Of a stretch of 64,000 nucleotides of DNA, positions 54,666-64,000 are shown piece after piece (the stretch's first letter is position 1; each line of letters begins with the position of its first letter). The position numbers were made by a program, and so were the translations under genes. The notes beneath the pieces are model-generated. The model was not told the origin of the DNA. It saw only the letters and a list, made by a program, of their open reading frames with translations, and ran no database searches. The stretch comes from Octopus vulgaris (Eukaryota), in the NCBI GenBank assembly GCA_951406725.2, contig OX597816.1, positions 30,132,001 through 30,196,000 of the forward strand, given 5' to 3'.

Positions 54666-55680
54666 ATATAAGAAATACAAAAATGGGACAAGAACGCAAA
54701 ATATCCAGAAAACAAGGATGGGTCAATCGGTGTTTTCTCAGTCGAGTTCCTTATTATCCTCAGTCGAGTTCCTTATTATCTTTGCAATTTTGGCTGGCTA
54801 TATTCGAGATTGCTCCAATCTGGCCAACCCCAAGGAAAAACTAAGCTAAGAGCATTAGATTCCTTGGAAGAAAGCAGCGAATGTATACGAAAACAAGAAC
54901 CGTAAAAACGGAGAAGTGTTACACAAATACAAATACAAATAACAGGACATAACAAAAGCGTCTTTCGACTAAGGACGAATTAAATTTAGCAATCTTTCCT
55001 TCTTTCTATCAGCCCTTTCACACTTACTTCGTTCATTCCACTCTTCGTTCTTTCGTTCCCCCTCTCACATTTCCTAGCCTTCTCTTCATGCTTACTTTCT
55101 CTCCTCTTTCCCTTCACTGTGTCCCTTTCATTTTTCTCGCTCCTTCTTAATTCTTCTATCCCTCTGCCTCTACCTGTCTCTCTTCTCTCGCTACGTGACT
55201 GGTGTTCGGCCAAGCCTGACCTTTCTTTCTTGGTTCGACTACATCCGTGCAACATTTATATTCCTCCCTGTGTCTGACAAACCTTATGCCGCTGCCGTAA
55301 GGCTTTACTTCCACACACGTCAGCTTAATTTAATTCGTCCTTAGTCGAAAGACACCTGTTGTTATGTCCTGTTATTTGCATTTGTATTTGTGTAACATTT
55401 CTCTGTTTTTCCGTCCTTGTTTTCGTATACATTCGCTGCTTTCTTCCAAGGAATCTAATGCTCTTAGCTTAGTTTTTCCTTGGGGCTGGCCAGATTGGAG
55501 CAATCACGAGTATAACCAGCCGAAATTGCAAAGATAATCTGGAACTCAACTGAGGATAGAAATCTCCGAATGACCCGTGCTTATTTTCTTTGGATCGTGA
55601 GCCTGGATGTTTTGTTGTTCCTTTTTTGTATCACCTATCTGGATGTTTTGCGTTCTTGTCCCATTTTTGTATTTTTATAT
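54666..55680. repeat. Long inverted repeat (~325-355-bp arms, ~330-bp spacer), Penelope pLTR-like
   Basis: 54666-54990 pairs with 55323-55680 (e.g. GACTAAGGACGAATTAAAT / ATTTAATTCGTCCTTAGTC). Confidence 0.88.
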
Positions 55681-56839
55681 ATGTATGTATATATATATAT
55701 ATAGAGTGGTTGTATACTGTCAACTTAACGTGACAGTCCCGTATGGGAATTACACCACCGCTGTTTAGCCCTAGGAAGCATCGAACGCTTCCTGTCGGTT
55801 TTGAGACATTTTCTGTGTCCTTATATTTGTGAAGGGGAGGCAAGCACTCTATCGCTCCACCACCGCTCATGTCTCTTTGAGACATTTAGAAATTTAATAT
55901 TTCTGATATATATATATATATACATAATATATACATAATATACATAATAGATTGTGTCTGCAGAATCATCTGTCTATTAATAGTTTGACTTCGCTGCAGT
56001 AACGCACACACACACACAAACATACGCGCGCGCGCACACAGACACACACCGACCAATTCAGATAACCATAAACCTCAAGAGCCGTCTTGACTTAAGCAAT
56101 GTTGTTGGTAATAAACTTGGCTTCTCAAAACGGAAAAGACTTAAATAAATCCACCAAAAAGCACACATTCACGTAAAAATTATAACAGAGACATATATAT
56201 ATATATTTGTACGTATATATATATTTGTACGTATATATATATTTGTACGTATAAACCCCAACTCACATTTTACACGCACACGCATTCATATGTTTCGTAT
56301 TCTCATCTACCCACGAATTCACATTTTTGCTTTCAATTCAAATTTAGAGGGAATAAGAAAAATCTGTTGATTTTGAGCCTCAATATTTTGTTTATATAAG
56401 TTTATATAATTCTCGTTTCGATTCTTGTTTACAAATACAAACCCTATGTTTTTGTTTATTTTCTTTTTATTCATCTTCTTTTTTTTGAGCTAAGCATCTG
56501 CCTTTAATCAAATTTTGGTTGGGTGGACGCTGTGACAGTCTTTTATATAAACATACTAATGCGCTTATTTTAGAAAAAAAAAACCGTTGTGTTGTGAAAT
56601 AAAAACGAGAAAAATGGAAGTCGGAAACGACCTCAGCTAAACCCTAAATTTGTCAGCAGTTACATGTAGCTTAAGTGACTTTTATGCACATTTGTGTGTG
56701 TGGGTGTATGGGTGTATGTTGAATGCGTGCGTGAGCGTGTGGGTGAGAGACAGAAAGAGAGAGAAAGATAGACAGAAAGACAGACAGAAGTCATACAAAA
56801 GATTGTTTCCTGACTTAGGCACAAGGTTACAATCCTTGG

Positions 56840-56898
<59 letters not shown>

Positions 56899-57173
56899 CA
56901 TACATACATAAATACATACATACATACATACATACATGCATGCATGCATGTATACATGTATGTATATATGTGTATATGCATTTGTGTGTCCGCATGTACT
57001 TAATAACAACACGATTTAGCACTAAATGATTGTTTCGTGGGCGCGTAGGACACGTCCGCCTTATTTAACTTCTACCAAATTTGTTTCTTTAGATTGTCCA
57101 TTCACTCACTTATACGTATATGCATGCATACATACATGCATACATACATACATACATGTATATACACAGTATG

Positions 57174-57212
<39 letters not shown>

Positions 57213-57235
57213 GTATGCATGTATGTATGTATGTA

Positions 57236-57686
57236 CGAAGGGGTATCCAAAAGAAATCGGAACTTTGCAATATTATTTTACTCATTTAGTTTTACATGTT
57301 TACACACTTTTATCGCCTTCAAAGTATTCTCCATTTGAAGCAATGCATCGGTCAAGGAGCATTTTCCACTGTCCGAGGCAGTGTTGGAACTTTTGCGAAG
57401 TGATGCCAAGCATGACAACTATTCCAGCCGCTGTTTTCCCCAGCAGAAAACAAAATTTCAAGGAAGCATGCTGTTCCTTTGTTTCAGCTATCGCAAAAAT
57501 CGACGAACAGGGAAGAAGCACAGCAAAGGAAATATGCACTACATAACAGTAGGACTACACTCGATGACGGCGGTCGGCATACTGATGTCTGAATGTCGCA
57601 TCAAGTGGCTTCTAGCGGCGGAAGCCTGAACCACGAAGGAGTTGTCCTACAGAGAACGTTTCCGGTTACTTTTGGGTACCCCCTCT
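57236..57686 (-). mobile_element. Internally deleted mariner element
   Basis: TA-flanked TIRs CGAAGGGGTATCCAAAAG..CGGAA / TTCCGGTTACTTTTGGGTACCCCCTC; EQHASLKFCFLLGKTAA (N-terminus) fused to QWKMLLDRCIASNGEYFEGD (C-terminus). Confidence 0.88.
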
Positions 57687-57712
57687 TATGTATGTATGTA
57701 TGTATGTATGTA

Positions 57713-58236
57713 TGAAGGCATAGCTATTGATCGTAGCAGGTGGAGAAGGATTGTGCATGAGAGGACAGCTACGTTTGAGAAATCTCGAGTTGCACATGAG
57801 AAAGTAAGGAGGGATGTCAGGAAGGGCATCGCTATGAGACCTCCAGAAGGGAAGGGTCTCCCTTTGATTCTGACATGCAATGTCTGTGCAAGACCCTGCC
57901 TCAGTAAAGCTGGACTCATGAGTCATCTTCGTAGTCATAAAACGAGACAGATGAGTGACAACCTGGCCACTGGTGGTGGTGTAACACACCATACTAATCA
58001 TATCTGTCGGGCATGTGGGAGAGAGTGTAATTCGGCAGGAGGACTTAAACGACATGCAAAGGTACATGAAGCCCAGTAACAACTACAGCCGGCTATTACC
58101 GGTAAAGGTTTTAGTTGCCAATTCTGTACAAGACATTGTAGATCTTTAGCTGGGCTAAAAAGTCACATTCGATCACAGCACCAGTAACAGTTAAGCTTCG
58201 TGCAATGGCCATACTCGATAACGAGGAGGCTGCCAT
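57713..58236 (+). mobile_element. RTE (BovB-like) LINE 3' end with three C2H2 fingers
   Basis: AIDRSRWRRIVHE...FEKSR; CNVC..SHLRSH, CRAC..RHAKVH, then CQFC..SHIRSQH after a TAA; 3' tail ACTCGATAACGAGGAGGCTGCCA. Confidence 0.8.
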
Positions 58237-58277
58237 AAATGTGTGTGTGTGTGTGTGTGTGTGTGCATGTATATATG

Positions 58278-58492
58278 TATTTCTTTACTGCCCACAAGGG
58301 GCTAAACAAGGACAGACAAAGGGATTAAGTCGATTACATCGACCCCAGTGCGAAACTGGTACTTAATTTATCGACCCCGAAAGGATGAAAGGCAAAGTCG
58401 ACCTCGGCGGAATTTGAACTCAGAACGTGACAGACGAAATATCGCTAAGCATTTCTCCCGGCGCGCTAACGTTTCTGCCAGCTCGCCGCCTT
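58278..58492 (-). mobile_element. SINE family B, full length
   Basis: Reverse-complement match. Confidence 0.9.
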
Positions 58493-59339
58493 ATATGCAT
58501 GTATGCATGTATGTGTGTGTGTGTGTGTGTGTATGTACACAGATATGCAAGTATACATTTTTCTATTGTTGCCATTATAGATAGCAATTTACGAGTGCGA
58601 TTGATGGTCTTTATTGGCGATGTGTCATCGGTCACATTACCAAATCTCTGGAGCTATGACAGTTCTTCCCTTGTTTTGTGTTTTCCTAACTTTAAATCAG
58701 GAAGGATCATAGTGTCCAGTATCCTTCCATCAGCATTCGAAATCAGTGAGAATGATGAAGATATCCTCTTGGAAACCTGCCCCGAATGCTTGCATCCCAT
58801 TGAGTGGCAGGTAGTTGTCTTCAATTGGGAATCAGAGTAACTCTACCACTTATGTAGATCATAGTGGGATTTGAACTCAGAACGTAAAGAACCGGAATAA
58901 ATACTGCAAGGCACCAGTTCTTTCGTTCTTAAAGTCCCCAATTTACTGTTCTGGATTGGCTCCTTTTTATCGATTCCGTACCCAGCGGGAGCTAACTCGA
59001 AGAGGAGACGGTCAGAATAAATATTGTGCCAAATTCATTCTGTACCACATTCTAAGCATTCTGATAATTCGCTTCCTAAATATTTACAATATGCCGGATT
59101 ATACTACCTGTGTTACTTATGCTAGCATTCACTAAATCAAAATGTTTTCCAATACTTCAAATCAAACAATATTTTTGAGGGAAAATTGTAATTCTTGACA
59201 CTTTGCACTTATCCTCTTCATATTCAGGTATCTAAACACGCCAACACCATTTGTCAAGCAGTAGTGGTGAGACAAACACAGACCCAAAGATACACACGCA
59301 TGGGTGTGCATATATATATATATATATATATAGATATAG

Positions 59340-59370
<31 letters not shown>

Positions 59371-59597
59371 ATGATAAATTAAATATAGAAATATTCTATT
59401 GACAATCCAATAATTTATTTATATACAATATTACATTAAATACTATGAATATAATATATAACATAATATTATATAAATAATTATAAAAACCATAAAAGGC
59501 CAATAAATTGTTTCGACTTATATATATTTTTTCGTATATATCTAGTCACAGTTCCATTAAATATAATCCTTTGAAGGATTTCTATTCCTCAATTTGT

Positions 59598-59639
<42 letters not shown>

Positions 59640-59640
<1 letters not shown>

Positions 59641-59810
59641 CATACGGCGGGTTTCTTTCTGTTTCGGTCTACCAAGTCCACTCACAAGGCTTTGGTTAGC
59701 CTGAGACTATAGTAGAAGACACTTGTCCACAGTGTCGCATAGTGGGATTGAACCCGAAAACATGTGATTGGGAAGCAAGCTTCTTACCACACAGCCACGT
59801 CTGCGCCTAT
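59640..59810 (-). mobile_element. SINE family A, 5' half
   Basis: Reverse-complement match; a further fragment lies at ~59230-59295. Confidence 0.8.
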
Positions 59811-60293
59811 CTACAGAAACACAAACAAAACAAAACACGTAAACATAAAGCACAAAAAGCTGTATTTATGGGGCTGCTCCACGTATCGGTCTAATGCACC
59901 TCAAATTACATCTCAGTCTTATAAAATAGAAGACCATTCTTAAAAGTCTAACGTGAGTCACTCTATGTATTAACTCGTTCAGTTTATCAAACTACCTTCT
60001 TGTTGATATTGTATAGTCTACGGCAATCTTGACTGTGCAGACCTGTCTGGCATCTAACATTTACACTGTTATAAATATCGTGTTTATGATTTAGGATGAA
60101 AAACTAAACTTCCTTCCGTTTTATTTTTAGTTTATCTAATTATGGCGAGGGCCAGAAACACTCCATGACCTCTTTTCAGGGTCTTCAAGATGCTTAAGAT
60201 GAAAGAAAAAAGTTGTTACCGTGTTGATGACTTGGTCTGTTAAATTGTAGCCATCGGTGAGCTGGTTGTACTTAACAAAGTAACTGATTGCGT

Positions 60294-60549
60294 CAGAGGT
60301 ACTCAGCCACTTTTTTTTCCACCTGTGGACTCCTTTGATTCATATTCTACTTAGATGGACCCTCCAAGCCACTTGATGTTATAAAAATCCCATTATATCC
60401 CTATAATTAAATAATATCAGGAATTGTATTTAAAAAATTGCTAAAATGTTTTGTGCATTGTAGTAGAACCATTTTACTTCAAATAAATTCTAGCAACAAA
60501 ATCTTATGTAGTGTCCCAAAGGTCATAGGGACCCCAGTTGGCAATCACT
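60294..60549. mobile_element. Old hAT MITE related to 21918-22203
   Basis: CAGAGGTACTCAGCCA...TGGACTCCTTTGATTC...GTTGGCAATCACTG resembles the 21918 element. Confidence 0.6.
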
Positions 60550-60881
60550 GGATTACGTTTACTATCTATGAACATAAGTCCTACCAAAAAGACTACTACA
60601 CGATTTCAAAGATACTGGATCAAAGAGCTGCATAGGATATCGAAACCGAAATCACGAATTACAAAGTAAAACATTTATGCTTCAATTTTATAGGCTTCTC
60701 TGCTATACATTTACTTATTATCGGCGTGCCGATACAGTTTGAGTTACGACTAAAAAAATACATGGATTCATATCTATGAGGTTTTAAAATCTGGTTGTGG
60801 AATTAGGTACACGGGAGCATTGAACACTTTTCCATTATCTTCATCATCATCATCATCATCATCATCTTCATCATCATCATC

Positions 60882-60912
<31 letters not shown>

Positions 60913-61002
60913 CCAGCAGCAATAGCAGCAGCAGTATGTGTTTACTTTTTTCCATACTTGCATAGATCAGAGACAATTCGTTGCGGTAAATATTCTACTG
61001 CA

Positions 61003-61424
61003 GATGTAAGGCGGCGAGCTGGCAGAAACGTTAGCACGCCGGGCGAAATGCTTAGCACTATTTCGTCTGCCGTTACGTTCTGAGTTCAAATTCCGCCGAG
61101 GTCGACTTTGCCTTTCATCCTTTGGGAGTCAATAAATTAAGTACCACTTACGCAGTGGGGGCGATATAATCGACTTAATCCGTTTGTCTGTCCTTGTTTG
61201 TCCTCTCTGTGTTTAGGCCCTTGTGGGTAGTAAAGAAATAGGTATTTTGTCTGTCACTGCATTCTGAGTTCAAATTCCGCCGAGGTCGACTTTGCCTTTC
61301 ATCCTTTCAGGGTCGATAAATTAAGTACCACTTACGCAGTGCGGTCGATATAATCGACTTAATCCGTTTGTCTGTCCTTGTTTGTCCTCTCTGTGTTTAG
61401 CCCCTTGTGGGTAGTAAAGAAATT
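61003..61424 (+). mobile_element. SINE family B dimer (one full unit plus one 5'-truncated unit)
   Basis: Both units enclosed by an 18-bp TSD GGTAAA(T/C)ATTCTACTGCA at 60985-61002 and 61425-61442. Confidence 0.9.
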
Positions 61425-61645
61425 GGTAAACATTCTACTGCACGGTAACCTTCCTGCCGCCTACACTTACCTATTTTCAAGCGAGTTAATACTTTCTCAT
61501 GGCCAGACGTGTATCCACTGAATATTGGAAACGAACTACTTAACTATATAGTAATAATAACAGAAATAATAACACACACACATTATACTATACATATATG
61601 TAACTGTATCTCTCTCTCTCTCTCTCTCTCTGTATATATATATAC

Positions 61646-62048
61646 AGGCGCAGGAGTGGCTGTGTGGTAAGTAGCTTGCTAACCAACCACATGGTTCCGG
61701 GTTCAGTCCCACTGCGTGGCATCTTGGGCAAGTGTCTTCTGCTATAGCCCCGGGCCGACCAAAGCCTTGTGAGTGGATTTGGTAGACGGAAACTGAAAGA
61801 AGCCTGTCGTATATATGTATATATATATATAGTGTATGTGTTTGTGTGTCTGTGTTTGTCCCCCTAGCATTGCTTGACAACCGATGCTGGTGTGTTTACG
61901 TCCCCGTCACTTAGCGGTTCGGCAAAAGAGACCGATAGAATAAGTATTGGGCTTACAAAGAATAAGTCCCGGGGTCGATTTGCTCGACTAAAAGCGGTGC
62001 TCCAGCATGGACGCAGTCAAATGACTGAAACAAGTAAAAGAGTAAAGA

Positions 62049-62050
<2 letters not shown>
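61646..62050 (+). mobile_element. SINE family A, full length
   Basis: Complete copy. Confidence 0.92.
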
Positions 62051-62092
<42 letters not shown>

Positions 62093-62214
62093 GAATATTT
62101 TCAAATGAGGAAGAATTTACGAATTTTTTCTCTTACGAGGTTTTTCTCGCTGACTACTGATAATTTCTTTTTAAGATTTTATCCTCAATTGTTAATATAT
62201 ATATATATATATAT

Positions 62215-62417
62215 TGATTCGTTAGTTACTGCACGCATTTTTTTTCTCTCCTTCTTTCTGTGTTTTTTTTTCTCTCTGTGTATCTTTCTGTTGAAGAGCG
62301 TAGGCTCGAAACGTTAAAGACTTGTTTTATTTATATTTCCTGAGCGCCATACTAATACAATTGTTTGTTTGTTTTCCACCTGCCTTCGTCTTTTGTCTAT
62401 TTTCATAAAGCTTCCCG

Positions 62418-62420
<3 letters not shown>
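62215..62420 (+). mobile_element. Penelope pLTR-like fragment with hammerhead variant (62283-62320)
   Basis: TCTTT-CTGTTGA-A-GAGC(GTAG)GCTC-GAAA-CG-TT-AAAGA; paralog of 31378-31600. Confidence 0.7.
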
Positions 62421-62476
<56 letters not shown>

Positions 62477-62727
62477 ACAATTAAGGGTAGAAATTGATAT
62501 TAGTCAATTAAAACCAGTGGTCTAACACATTAAAAAGAATCCGAAGATTATAATATTTATATATACCAATTAAGGACTGAACACGAAAATGTGGACAGTC
62601 AACATGCTAGATATAGACGCCAAATCGCCATTCTCCACAAAGATTTTGTTCTCAAATAAAAATAAAAATTCAGCACGACCAGAAGCAATGGGTGAGACAA
62701 AAGAAATATACTAAATGGAATAATTAC

Positions 62728-62787
62728 CTACGTACTGCAGTTTCAGCTATTAATATCACAAGGATATCTGTAGCTTCATCAGCGTAG
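62728..62787 (-). ncRNA. Type I hammerhead ribozyme with palindromic stem III
   Basis: Minus: CTACG-CTGATGA-AGCTA...TAGCT-GAAA-CTGCAG-TA-CGTAG; core intact, stems I and II perfect, GUA cleavage triplet. Confidence 0.85.
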
Positions 62788-62899
62788 TTTGTTATGAGCA
62801 TAATATGCTGTACTAGATGAAAAACGGTACCGGAGTCCCGCATGCAAAAAGTACAACCTATTACATTCTGATGTATCGTTCGAATGCCTCTACTTAATT

Positions 62900-62972
<73 letters not shown>

Positions 62973-63917
62973 TAAAAGCTAGGCTTGTTAAAAGACGGCT
63001 AAATATATGATTTATAAAACCGAGATGTTTTTGTCCGGGACTGATCTGGTTGAACTCGCACATGTTTTACGCAGGTTCCATCGTGCTTCGCAAAACAAAC
63101 ATTCATTTCTTAAGTAAAGCATTCGAAATTATATTGACTGTTAATTCAAGCAGTTGCAGCAGAGATGGCTCACAGCTGTATGCCTACATCAAGCAGATGC
63201 TGAAATCCATTTTGTTTTTATCAAATACTTCGTTAGAGTCACCCAATGAATCTTTTCTTCTTCTTGGTGTCTCACTTTCTGTCGATGATTTCGTTGCTAG
63301 CTATCGCTTCGTGTGTATTTTCTTTAAAATAGTTTCCATTTCTCTTCTTTGTTTTTATTTTCCCCTTTGTTTTGACGTCTGTTGATTTTTTGTTTGTTTT
63401 TATTCTTATTGCTGGCGTCTTTGTTGTTGTTATTTTTAATTTATCTCTCCTGAAAACAGAGGTCGTACCCGTTACCACCAGCGAAGACACTGTTGTTGGT
63501 TCGAGTCTTCATAAAGAAACGTTTTAACTTGCTTTAAGCCACATGGGTGGCTCTAAATATGCTTCAAAATTGCGTAAGGTCGCCGCATCCAGATGATATT
63601 CAAAAAAACATATGTGTTATTATATGATTTACATAAATATAGCATTGCTATGTTTTGGAAGCTGGCACTCACACACATGTACGTGCCCGTATTTATATAT
63701 GTGTGCGTATTCATGTGTATCTGTGTAGGTGTGTGAGTGAGTGTGTCAGTGAGTATATGTGCGTGCATGTGTGTGTGTATGTGTGTATGTGTGTGTGTGT
63801 ATACATACACACCCTCCACCCACCCACGCATGCATGCACTCAGAGACAGACATATACACATGTGCTCGAGCATCCGAACTTGTGTGCGTGTGTATATACA
63901 TATGTAGCAAGGGAGAT

Positions 63918-63974
<57 letters not shown>

Positions 63975-64000
63975 AAGAGAGAGAAATAGAGTCGGGGATA

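Noticed and set aside
58580-58850. Coding-like segment considered as STARD exon 2 or a LINE fragment
   Set aside because: No START-domain motifs or convincing splice sites; left unassigned.
59495-59555. Hammerhead-like remnant on the minus strand (GACT...AGTC-GAAA-CAATT)
   Set aside because: The CUGANGA box is incomplete; too decayed to call.
63272-63490. Lys-rich minus-strand ORF with possible splice sites
   Set aside because: Low-complexity composition and no recognisable domain; not supportable from sequence alone.

Overview
AT-rich animal genomic DNA, most likely an octopus or another coleoid cephalopod. This is inferred from the tRNA-derived SINE set and the dense (TA)n, (TACA)n, (TAA)n and (GATA)n microsatellites. 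Nearly all ORFs in the supplied track are microsatellite or SINE read-through artefacts. The only host coding sequence recognised is a 99-nt first exon of a START-domain lipid-transfer gene (STARD4/5/6-like, 42315-42413, +); no second exon was found in the remaining 21 kb. The rest is repeats: four SINE types with swapped modules, a decayed Naiad-type Penelope-like element (RT + GIY-YIG), and fragments of Tx1/L1, CR1, RTE, R4/Dong and Ty3/Gypsy. There are also mariner, hAT and Helitron derivatives, and an 8-bp-TSD MITE carrying telomere-type repeats. The most notable signal is a set of minimal hammerhead-ribozyme motifs. One intact motif lies in a short element with a tRNA-like Pol III head (30050-30318), and one family has a non-canonical CUGUNGA core. 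All calls come from reading the sequence by eye; no database searches were run, and boundaries of decayed elements are approximate.
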